A DNA stretch of 62,204 nucleotides, the filler included, from Rhabdomonas costata (taxonomy: Eukaryota): the NCBI GenBank assembly GCA_019059605.1. It is 34 parts of 34 records of this genome, joined end to end, with 100 filler letters (N's around TTAATTAATTAA, not from the genome) between each part and the next. Parts side by side here need not be neighbours in the genome. Positions count along the whole stretch, not along the records: positions 51,314 to 53,045 come from JAHMHO010009920.1; positions 53,146 to 54,877 come from JAHMHO010009921.1; positions 54,978 to 56,708 come from JAHMHO010009922.1; positions 56,809 to 58,540 come from JAHMHO010009923.1; positions 58,641 to 60,372 come from JAHMHO010009924.1; positions 60,473 to 62,204 come from JAHMHO010009925.1; 28 more parts are not named here. The stretch is one strand, 5' to 3'. A program made the position numbers and the translations under genes. The notes beneath the pieces are model-generated. The model saw only the letters and a list, made by a program, of their open reading frames with translations. It was not told the origin of the DNA and made no database searches. Positions 51,747-62,204 of the stretch are shown here, piece by piece (the stretch's first letter is position 1; every line of letters begins with the position of its first letter).

Positions 51747-52938
51747 CTCTCTCTCAGCGCATTCGACGGGAAGAAAAGGGAAGGATAGTGTGCACGCAGC
51801 CCTGGCAAAGGCCCAGCTTTGGGCAAGCGATTAACAGTCCAGGACTCGGGAAGAGGTCTCTCTCAGCGACGGAGTGGCAATCCCAAAAGACCCGAAAAAA
51901 ACACAGCCTATATTTGAAAAGAGAAGCCGCCACACAATCTGCTCGTGGTCGGACCCCTCCACTAACAACCACTACTGGGCTACTAAGCTGCTAGAGACAT
52001 TTTTGCGCAGCGGGGCTATTCATGCGGTGAGTAGCGTTCGCTGTTCATGAACAGGGTGAGCGCAATTGTGCGCACAAAACCCCCTTTCTGGTTGATAGCC
52101 CCATTGCAGTTATCCGCGTCCGAGTTCAGGTGGAGGTCGTGGGCTGTCCCGGTGTAGGTGTCAGGGTGTTGTATGTGCAGGTAGATGGTCTTAAATGCAC
52201 ACGTATCCTCAGGTGATGGAGGTGTCTCTGGTGGGTATTTAGGTGTCAGGGGTCCATGGATGCAGGAAGATGCCCTGAGGTGGGGTGTTACGCTCAGGGT
52301 ATGGAGGTACCCCTGAGGTCCACGCGGGCGTAGCCACAGGAAGAAGATACCGGGTTCACTTTAGGCATTGAGTGGAAGGGTCACGAAGGCAAGAGTGCGT
52401 CGCGATCTTGCCATAGTAGTGGATGTTGAAGGGCCACCGGCAGGTAGGATGGTTCAATTTTACACACCCTTACACCCTTACACAGCTGGTTGGATCTTGA
52501 CACGTAGCCCCTACCTCACGACACCCTCTCACCACCAGCAACCCCTCGAAGCATTAACCCCTCGACTCGGAGACACGAACACAGAACCCCTACATCCAAC
52601 ACAACACACCATGCTACAGCCGTCAAGAATACGCACAACATCAGCCAGTACACCATCCTTGCATCCTCCTACAACCCACACTCGAAGCATCGACCCACAC
52701 AGCAACACACACAAAGCCCTTCAACATACGCGTAGAAACAGGAACATCAGCAGCCATGGTAACACCCTTGCATCCTCACACAACTCCTCACACTCCCTCC
52801 AACACACACCCTCTGAGGCGGAAACACACACAGCCCTTACCGATACGTTGACACAAACACAAGCACTCACACAAGGCATGACAACACAACCCCTCGGACG
52901 TAACGATGCTTCGACCAACACGACACCACGCTAACCCT

Positions 52939-53002
52939 TCGCCTCAACACAACAAGCCATCATCCTACGCACAACAACAACAGTAACGGTAACGCTAAGC
53001 AC
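52939..53002. repeat. Interspersed repeat, copy B (63/64 identical to 47393-47456)
   Basis: Direct sequence match between contigs. Confidence 0.92.
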
Positions 53003-53145
53003 CAACAACCACAGTAACAGGAACGCTAAGCCTAAACCCACACCCNNNNNNNNNNNNNNNNNNNNNNNNNNNNNNNNNNNNNNNNNNNNTTAATTAATTA
53101 ANNNNNNNNNNNNNNNNNNNNNNNNNNNNNNNNNNNNNNNNNNNN

Positions 53146-54854
53146 GGGGGGGGGTTTGTCTTGGAAAGGGCAGGGGAGCTCCTCTGCCCAGCGGCAGCCT
53201 TCAGGAGCCGAAGCTCCGCCTCGGCCTCGTTATTCAGGAAGGGTATTTCCCTCGAAGGTTGTGAGCCTTTTGGAGTGGCCTCATTGCTGCCGCCCGGCGA
53301 ATCTGCCTTGACATTCCCTGGGGAGCGCCCTGAATCCCCAGGGAGACGGGAGGGCTCGGGCACAGCCCTGCCTTTACCTTTAAAATCGGGGAACAACCCC
53401 TTATATACTTTTGCTTCGGGTTTTCCAGGCCTTGCGTCACCAATACTCTTTGAGTTGCCTGGGGTCTCACTTTTCATCAGAGGAAAAGGCTTCTGCTCCG
53501 GCGTTGCTTCGGAAGATCCGCTCTTGCATACAGAATCCTCTACCGCAGCCCGTGGCTGCGGTAAATTCCCATGCGGTTCAATCACGCCATGAAAAGAAGG
53601 CTTGGCAGGTTCTCCTGTGGACCTCGGCTTTCCAACTGAGGACATTAAATCAACTACTATGGTCTGAGGTTCACCCGGAGGACAAGATGCTTTCGGGGCT
53701 CTGGGATCGGCATGCGCTTTCGAAGGGGAGACTCGTGCGATATCCCACAACACGTCCTCTTCACTAGTTTCACCCGACGAAGCAGATTTCCCAGGTCCCA
53801 TGCTGGCCTTGGGCCGCGTCGCCGGAGCCATTAAATCCACTTTAATAACCTCAGCGACGCCCGGGGATGGCATCTTTTTGCCTCTGGCATCGGCCAGTTT
53901 CGAAGGCGGCGTTGTTACATGCTCCTTTACACCAGCTGAAGAAGAAACGGGCTTACTCAAAGCGGAAGGTACCATCGCTGTCTTGTCTTGAGAAGGATCT
54001 GCTAAACCCCCGTCTGACTTCTTGGGAAGCTCTTTTCCTGTCGACTCGGAAGGCCATGCTTCGGCAGGCGGCGAGGTTCTTGCAGAAGTCAACAAATATT
54101 CCGACTGGTCGAACGAGACAGGAGAAAGTGAATTGGAAGGAGGAGGTTTCTGAGCCTTCGAGAAGTTGGATTCAGAAGAATCTCCAACATCAGGATGTTC
54201 CGCATGGCTTGAAGCGCTGAAGGCAGCTTTTGGGTGCGAAGGCCTGGGGGTGTCCAACTTCACGTCCGTTTCGGAAGCCTCCGCCGCGGAGTCCTGCGAT
54301 GGAGGACGGTTCATCCTTGCCACTGCCTTGGCCAGTTCAGATTCTTGCGAGACCGGAGCGGGGTCTGCCGCCGAGATCTCCTCGTCTTCCGTGTAAGTCG
54401 TGCATGTTGTGCACGTTGACCGCCAAGACTCCGCCATAACCTCAGAAAGCATCCGGCCTGCCACGGCACTCCAGAACTTAACCCCTGATTCGCTGCCAGA
54501 CCCTGCAAGTCTCGAGGGAGAGACCTTTGGGTTTTCTAATTCAGATGGCGGTCCCGAAATCTCAGTGCGAGGCGTCGGCTCCGTATCTACAGTGCCCACG
54601 ACCTCGGACTCCACCAGGGAGATGGTAGGAAGCACCCGTCCTGCCAAGTTCCTTTCCCGCCGCGGACTCCTGGAAGGCTTTGTTGTCGTATCCCCAGAAG
54701 TTGGGCGGTCACGCCTGGCTTCGTCTGAAGAGAACTTCGGGGACGTGCGCAATCCCCTTCTATGTTTGGAACCGGTGGATGCACTCCACTCCCCGGATTT
54801 CCGTGACGACGAGGTCGACCCCGCTCCAACCCGAGAATCGGAGGGCTCGTTCTC
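53146..54854 (-). CDS. Very long (~1.7 kb) exon of a Ser/Pro/Lys/Glu-rich, probably disordered protein
   Basis: Stop-free frame of about 570 codons spanning nearly the whole contig, beginning after a tgcag acceptor. Confidence 0.85.
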
Positions 54855-56096
54855 CTGCAACACAAACCCCAACACACNNNNNNNNNNNNNNNNNNNNNNN
54901 NNNNNNNNNNNNNNNNNNNNNTTAATTAATTAANNNNNNNNNNNNNNNNNNNNNNNNNNNNNNNNNNNNNNNNNNNNTTTTGGGGGGAGCAGGGCAGGAG
55001 GCTTCGCGCGGAACACCATGAACAGCCGCGCCAAAGGGCTCTCGGAGGATTCGGGTGCACTGGGAAGAAAAGGAAGGGAAATCACGGAGAGAGCGAGAGA
55101 GAGAGAGCTGGGAACTCGTAGGGATACCGACAGGCACCGAAATCGGCTCGAAAACGCTGGTCGACTAGGCGTAAGGGTGAAGGCAACTATACCATCAACC
55201 AGGACTTCCCCTGTGATACCTACGGCCAGCAGGTACCTGGTTAGGAACATAAGTTGTCCCGGAGCGCATGTGGATGATGTCTTGAGAGCATAATGCACAG
55301 TGGATGCCAGCGAGCGTACATGCGAGGATACACACACACACCAGATGCACTTGGCAAGGATGAATTTTTCTGGGGAGAGAAACTCTGCTAAAACACACAG
55401 GCATGCGGAGAGGTGGAGAAGCGAGTAATGAGAGATGCTGCTCGTAAAGATGCAAACACAGTAAAACCACGACATTCTAAACTTCAGCTCCATTGATTCC
55501 GCCCACCTGCAGCCCAGCGCCGGGGGGCACATAACGGGTGCACATCTGCCGGCACCTCTTCCGTCTGTCATCCAAACAAAGGCAAGCGACAAGAAGGAGA
55601 GAGAAAGTGGGGAGGACTGTTTGTGGCACACCTCTCAGCTTGCTGCCGGTCCTGAGTGGGGTCCGCCAAGCCTCGTCTCCTCCTAAAAAGAGATGCAGCC
55701 CCCCACAAAAACTGACACCAACAGCTCTACTCCTTCCCATACAACCATACAAGCAGACTACAGTCTTCAAAATTTTTGCCAACGTGATTCCTCACCGTAT
55801 CCGCGCCTAGATGCGTATTTCGGGACAAACAAAAAATGGTCAGGTTGCAGTTGAGCAGGACAGGCACAAACAGAAAAAGCCTGAGTCATCCAGAAGCGCG
55901 TCAAACGCGTAACATAGACAGTGTATGTGCTCTGAGGGGGTGTCTGTCAGTGTATGCGTGTGTACGGGGAAGGGTAAACAAGGATCCGGGTGGGGTAGGC
56001 TAGAGGAATTTGAGAGGAGGGTGCAGCTAGACAACAAGTCATGAAAGGGAAGGAAAGGGAAAGGCGTAGGTATCAACGAATATCCTATAGCAGTAC

Positions 56097-56400
56097 CTCT
56101 CGTAGCACTCCTCGCAGACCAGCGCTGGGATGGCGGTGCCCAGCAGCTCGTGGTTCAGCGCCGGCCTTCGCGGAGCGTGATCCGCGCAGAATGCACGCCC
56201 GCATCCCCGGCAGGTGCGCGGGGGGTGAGCTGAAGAACTTGGGGGGTGCGGCCCATCTCCGCTCAGCAGAAGCAGCAGCAGACTGGGGGCCGGAGCCAGG
56301 GCACCGTGGCAGGTCGCGCAGCGGGTGTTCGCGGGGACCAGCCCGTGCAGGTCGAAGCACTGGTTGCACACCGTCCCGACGGTGGGGAACGCCGAGGAGG
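56097..56400 (-). CDS. FYVE-like zinc finger exon
   Basis: VCNQCF...RCATCH...RTCRGCGRAFCADHA...LVCEECY: FYVE-type CxxC spacing plus the tail of a preceding finger. AG/GT borders present. Confidence 0.72.
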
Positions 56401-56849
56401 CTACGAGAGTCCGGGGAAGAGAGAGCGGAAGTGGATGAGGAAAGCACATGGGGCAGGGGGCAGGTAACGATTTGCTAATTGTAACAGTCGGATCCCCACG
56501 CAAACTAGGACTTTCAGTCACCGTGACAGAAGTGAGACTCTCGGCTAAAACCTTGCTTATGCACAGGATTCCCAAAAGTATGCAATGGGACCTCATGTTC
56601 GGGGGCATTTATGAGTGCAAACCTACTCTGTAAGCTGGGCAGCGGGAAATTCACTACAACCCAAAGACACCAATCCAAGACTCAGAAAAAAGTTGGGGCC
56701 ACAAACAANNNNNNNNNNNNNNNNNNNNNNNNNNNNNNNNNNNNNNNNNNNNTTAATTAATTAANNNNNNNNNNNNNNNNNNNNNNNNNNNNNNNNNNNN
56801 NNNNNNNNTTGGGTGAACTGCTGCTGATGCCCGCGCGATTCTGCCTGCA

Positions 56850-57815
56850 CGCTCAAATCCCACGGGCATCAGCAGCAGTTCACTCAACTCCACAGCAGTT
56901 CTATCCTGGTCAGCAGCAGTTCTCTCTACAGGCATCACAATAAAAAAGTTATCCCTATAGCGGTATGTGGGGAGCCCACCAATGGAATGTGGCCACAAAC
57001 AGTTGTGTTCTCTCCGCAGCGCAACCAGCTCCACATAAGCAGAGGAAAGGTGACAGCAATCAGCAATCCCTTCCGATTTCGCAGAACTTTCACATCAGCC
57101 CATTTTCAATGTCACAAGCGCAAGATGCGAGCAGCTGCACAGCTGTGATATCACGCTGTGATTGCCCGCCTTTCCATCCTTGGAGATCGCTAACGACGGC
57201 TGTCTGCGAGTGCAGCGCTGAGTGTTCTGAAGCCAGTAACCCACTGCCTCCAACACTGCATCCCGAAGTGTGTTCAGGAAGCAGTTCTCCACGTCATACT
57301 CCTCGCAGACCCACCATCCTTTGGTATGGCTCACCTGCTTCAGCCACTGTGCACTGCCTGCATGCAGCTGCCACATTGGTAGATGATCCTATCGCTGCTG
57401 TAGAACCAGTTCTAGATCTTCTGCCACAAGCACAGCCAGCGCACACCCAACCATCTTTACAGCTGTCCGAAGAGGATTCTTGCAGTGCGTGACTATCGAC
57501 CGCAGTTTCACCAGAGTTTTTTCAACAGAAGAGATGAGGCTCTTCTGATTCACATTCCAGTAGCACTGGGCAGATCCGATCCACCAGTGGGTGATATGCC
57601 AGCCCATTGTCCAGCACCAACCACTGCTTCCATGGAGGACTCCCTCATGCGACAAGTGTACTGCGTCCACGTGGCAGTACCGCGAGATCTCCAAGAACAC
57701 AGCCTTGTAAATAGATCCCCATATCTCGCGGCACATAGCCACAATGCGTCCCGGACTGCGGTCCACCAGCACCAGCACCATTGCACACACCAAGACCTCT
57801 CTATGAGCAGCAAGC
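56850..57815 (-). mobile_element. Degenerate divergent reverse transcriptase, Penelope-like, with RYRDN at motif C
   Basis: Ordered motifs LVDRSPGRIVAMC, KLRSIVTHCKNPLR, EYDVENCFLN (motif A), TYRYRDNFFIV (motif C). Internal stop and an apparent deletion over motif B. Confidence 0.6.
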
Positions 57816-58540
57816 AGCTCCACATGCTTCTTCTCCAAGCTTGACCTGCACTCTGGCTTCCACAAGATCCGTGTCCATCCAGATCACGTAGAGCGCACAG
57901 CCTTCAAAACGAAGTACGGCACCTTCGCCTATCAGGTCATGCGGGACTCTGTAATGCCACAGTTACCTTCCAGAAGACGATGAACTTCATCTTCCAAAAG
58001 ATAAGGAAGTTCGCAGGAGCCTACACAAACGACATCTTGGTGTACGCCAACACTCTGGAGGAGAATTTGGCGGCATTTTTGGGGGAAGGTGTACGACAAG
58101 CTTTGTGAGGAGCGCTTCTTTGCAGGACCCGAGAAGTGCACCTGGGAGCAATGAGAGATCGATTACTGCTGGTACATACTCGGGAGAGACTGAAACATAC
58201 CGCAGCCCCAGAAGCTCCTCCACATCAGACATTGGCCAGTGCCAAAAGAAGTCACAGACATCAGGAGATTCTGTGGGTTCTATCAGAGGTTCGTAGCAGA
58301 CTACGCCACTGTTGCAGCGCCCTTGACAGACCTGATGCAGAAGGGCCGCGAGTGGGCGTGGTTGCAAAAACAGCAGCAAGATTTTGAGTTGTTGAAGTCT
58401 CGCCTTCTCCAAGCACCAGTTCTCATTCACCCCGACATAAAAAAGCCAAAAGTCTCTTACACACAGACGCGTCAGACATGTGAATTGGGGACACGCTGTC
58501 GCAGTTGGATTCGGATGGCGTGCAGAGGCTGGTAGCCTGC
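57816..58540 (+). mobile_element. Degenerate Ty3/gypsy RT and start of RNase H
   Basis: FFSKLDLHSGFHKIRVHPDHVERTAFKTKYGTFAYQVM, TFQKTMNFIF, AYTNDILVY, PKEVTDIRRFCGFYQRFVADYATVAAPLTDL, LKSRLLQAPVLIHPD, TDAS. Frameshifted. Confidence 0.93.
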
Positions 58541-61364
58541 NNNNNNNNNNNNNNNNNNNNNNNNNNNNNNNNNNNNNNNNNNNNTTAATTAATTAANNNN
58601 NNNNNNNNNNNNNNNNNNNNNNNNNNNNNNNNNNNNNNNNGGGTTGTGGGTAGACATACTCCTGGGCCGAAAGAGGTGCAAAATGAGGCAGTTTGCTATG
58701 GAATAGGCGTGAATTCGACGGAATTGAAAAACCGTCTGAGGAGAGCACAAAGACGCTTGCGCTGAGGCCATCCTGGAGAAGCTGTTGCGCTGGACGAACG
58801 CAGAAAGTTGGGAGGGTACCAAACCGCAGTTCTTATACTTCCGCACGTTTTCCTGTGGACCGCCTACCAGCGGAAAAGCCCCCTTTGGAAAAAAATACTC
58901 CACCCTGTATTGGCCAAAAAAGGCAATGCCAGTGGAGGTGCTTCAAGTAAATCTTAAGGGGGGGGCTAACAGCGAAAGGCGGAATTGACTCCAATTTCGC
59001 CAAAACCGATACTTTCCAAAACTCGAAGAATATCAAGAAATATCGATTGCGTAAGAAATTTTGTGTGGTTGTCCACAAGTTGATTGGTTCTGTGCTTTGC
59101 TTTTGATTGTCCTGGGTGCCGCGCATTTCTTCTGGTTTTTCTTTTGCTGTTCGATTTTTGGAAGCTAAATTTGTCAACAAGGATTCGCGGTCATGGGAAT
59201 CCTCTCGGGCGGAGGGCGATTACCGGATCGCCAAAAAATGGAAGAGACTGGCCTGGGGTGTAAGACGAGCGCGCAGCCGTTTCCTGTACTTCCGCTTACT
59301 CCGCGGAAGTATTTGGATCGTCTTAGTTTTTCTTTGTCTTAGGACCGTGACCGTTCCTCGGCCACGAACAAGTGGAAGTCCTCCAGGAAGAGGTCGGGCA
59401 GCCACCCTTCGCAGTACTCAAGACTCAATAATACTGCTCCGAGGAAAATGGAATACAGCACCCGACCGCAACTGCTGAGAGTCAATGGCATGGTACAAAA
59501 ACAACGTTCCCATAGTTGTCAAAATGAGTGAGGCACGCGAACTCTCACACGGACACATAGTGTTGGCATAAGTGGAGCATACCTTCCTCCCCTTGTTTGT
59601 GTCAGAATATCCGTATTGGTGCTTGCCGCGGGCAAACTCGCGCTGGTCTTTGCAGTGACGGTCAGACGTGGTGGAATTGAAGAAGAAAGAAGGAAGTGAC
59701 GCAGGAGACGACGTCATCTTGGTGGGTGACAGGTTGGTGGTGGATTGGTTGGTGTTACTAGATGGATGTCAGCCGTGGCTGTAATATGAAGGGCCCTCTC
59801 TTCTTTTGGTGTGCTGTGGGGACCGGATTGCGATGTCTCTCAGGGCGCCTGCATGTGCGGCCTTCATTGCCTTCGCTGCCCACACCCCCGCCTTCTTCGT
59901 CTTCTGGGCTACCAGCACCAGCCTGGGAAGCTGCCGGGTCCGTGCCCCTGCACAATAAGTGTGTTTCTAAGCCTGGTAATATCGATACGGCCACCTGGCA
60001 TGCGGGCGCATAGGACATCTTTCGAGGAGAAGCGCGCTGGCGCGCACTGTCCTGTACACATGGTGCAGACTGGCTGGCGTGAGCCTTGCCTTCGGCGCTA
60101 GACCGTTTGAACCACCTTAGATGAGGATTCAGAATATCTTAAAAAGAGGTGCTGGGGTTCCCTCGTGAACTGCTGGTGTTAAATGGGGTTTTTGTACGGT
60201 ATAGGAGGAGATCGCAATCGTGGGCACGAACGTGCAGTACTCTCTATGACTTTGCAAAGCACAAAGCACTTGCACTTGCGCGTGTTTATCGTAATCTTGG
60301 ATCCTGCAATCCACAATTCGTCAGCACAGTGTATAGTAGGCACACCAAGAGCATACAAAGAAAAAAAACAAANNNNNNNNNNNNNNNNNNNNNNNNNNNN
60401 NNNNNNNNNNNNNNNNTTAATTAATTAANNNNNNNNNNNNNNNNNNNNNNNNNNNNNNNNNNNNNNNNNNNNTTCGCCTCTAGACGTTGCCGGAAGGTCA
60501 CCTCCAAGGCACTCTAGGAGGCAGTTTGCAGGAGGCGAAATGCGCACTGCAAGGGATGGGCATCGAGGGAGAGTAGAAGGTGCAGGACAACAACCAAATC
60601 TGCCAAATTCGGTTCGATCCTACCGACAGTTATTTCAGGGGCAAACTCAGGAACGGCTCAGCAACGCACTGCGGTCAAATATCACAGACGGTGGTGGACA
60701 CGTTTCCATTCCCATTCTCAGCGTGTAACTTAATCGTTTTCACTCGCCGTCTTTGAGTTGGTCTTTTGCCTTCAGCCTTGCTTTCACTTGTTTTTACTCT
60801 GTCCCGTGCCTCTGTAATTTCTTGTTTCTTTCCCTTATCGCTTTCTTGGCCGCGCTATTTTCAGTGCATTGTTCTTTTAGCTCTCTCCTGCGGGAGGTTC
60901 AGTCTGGCGGTGTGTTCACCGCAGGCAGTGTTCTTCCCAGGAATGCCCGCCAAGCTTACGACGATCCTGGAATGTCGGATGTTTTCCCCCCACCCGAAAT
61001 CGCTTGTAAAGGCAAAGCTTTTTGTCAACTGCGACAGTCTTTGAGCCGTAGGACTGACATGCCACAGCTGATTAAGTCTCCGGCTTTTCCGTAGTATGGG
61101 CCTTGGTAGATTGTTGCCTATTGGTGCCTTTGCAATGAGGTTTAATTTACAAGCAGTAAGATGGCGTTCCGGTAAAAGTCACGCATGCCCCATCCCTCAT
61201 GCCCCAATCGGTTACCAAGCTAAAGACTATCCGCGCCAAAATCCAGATCCAGGGTGGGAGTGCTGGAGATAGTGAGACAACTTTTTCCGGATTCCACGGA
61301 GGAGATCCTTTTAAAATCGCACACTCCTAACGCACATTTCCACACAAAGGGAAGGGAATTCGAC

Positions 61365-62204
61365 CAGCTGCATGGCTGCAGAGCTACCCCATGCCCTCGC
61401 CGCCAGCTTAGTCATCTCTCGGGAGTGCCGAACGAGAAGCGCATGGCGGCCCCATAGCTCTTCCGCACACAGTTGAGGAAGCCTTTGAAAGGCATGCCAC
61501 TGCACGAGTAGCAGGCTGCGATCCGACGCCTGAGAGAGAACGCAGGCGCACCCACCACTTCTTACCCTACGCCCCTACGCGATAACTCAACAGAAAATAT
61601 ACGATTAAACTCAGAACGGTTTCAGGTAACGGGGTACTGTGCCATTGTTTTTGTGCCATTTCACAAACGCAGACTTTATCACCTTGCCCACTAGAAAAAG
61701 TGCGAAGCCCTGATGGACGTGCAAGTGGGGCAAACAAAGAATCTTGTCAAAATCTGGTACAAATTTCACGCGAGCCTCCGAGAACATCCAAGAAGGCGGC
61801 AGCAGTTCAAAGGGAGGGAGTCATTTCACCTTCAAACGCGGAAAGTTCTATTCCACTGTAGGGAGCACAAGTGACACCCAAAGGGCAAAACCGAAGACAA
61901 GACTTTGAAAGTTCAGCTATCCGGCTAGTGGTACTGCGTAAATCCGCATTTAGCAGTTCCTAAAACTGGGATGACGGTTCACCTTTGGGGCACAGTCTGC
62001 TTTTCAGCGTGTTCCGAGCTCGAATCAAAGAGAAAATCCTCCAAGGCACTAGCACCGTCGCACTGAATAATACCTCAGAGATCCGAAGCATGCCAAACTG
62101 CTGCTCGTGCCAGATCCTGGCTCGGCCCACCGTCCCCTGTCCAGCCACCAACTGCACCGCAGCCTGAAGATAGACCTGACTGCCCCAGGCCTCGTAGGCG
62201 AGAG
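61365..62204 (-). CDS. Two exons of an unknown protein (62204-62074, 61529-~61365)
   Basis: LAYEAWGSQVYLQAAVQLVAGQGTVGRARIWHEQQFGMLRISE|ASDRSLLLVQWHAFQRLPQLCAEELWGRHALLVRH... splices in frame at GT-AG. Confidence 0.6.

Noticed and set aside
53161..54933. Plus-strand ORFs overlapping the 593-aa minus ORF, and most other ORF-track entries
   Set aside because: Antisense shadows of GC-rich exons, or chance ORFs from non-ATG starts in intronic and intergenic DNA.
1734..60472. Regularly spaced TTAATTAATTAA units as a CRISPR-like or biological periodic array
   Set aside because: They are embedded in N-runs and are a standard six-frame-stop concatenation linker.
1..62204. Functional clustering of RTs with PDE, nitrilase, ABC transporter etc. 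as a multi-gene system (retron, DGR or defence island)
   Set aside because: The genes lie on separate, arbitrarily ordered contigs, and the RTs are decayed eukaryotic retrotransposons.

Overview
This window is not one genomic locus. It is 34 unrelated contigs of about 1.73 kb each (apparently length-sorted), joined by ~100-nt linkers of N-run + TTAATTAATTAA + N-run, so gene neighbourhood across linkers carries no information. The DNA comes from an intron-rich eukaryote with GC-rich exons, GT-AG introns and many (GT)n/(CT)n microsatellites. A euglenozoan/euglenid-type protist is my low-confidence guess. G/T-only 5' ends and A/C-only 3' ends of most contigs suggest a whole-genome-amplified, possibly single-cell, library. 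Manual splicing recovers gene fragments for a NIT2-like omega-amidase, an ATM1/ABCB6-7-like ABC half-transporter, a class I phosphodiesterase, a GT8 glycogenin-like glycosyltransferase, an ankyrin protein with one repeat per 99-nt exon, a WD40 protein, a HAMP-domain receptor, a UBE3B/C-like N-terminus, a FYVE-like zinc finger and a Cys-rich secreted orphan. Decayed retroelements include Ty3/gypsy gag and pol pieces, CRE-like non-LTR elements and two divergent Penelope-like RTs. I found no supportable prokaryotic-type system (CRISPR, operon, defence island) and cannot claim a new biological system. The best leads are the divergent Penelope-like RTs, a repeat shared between contigs with telomere-like hexamers, and the orphan proteins. 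All family assignments are by motif recognition, not database search.
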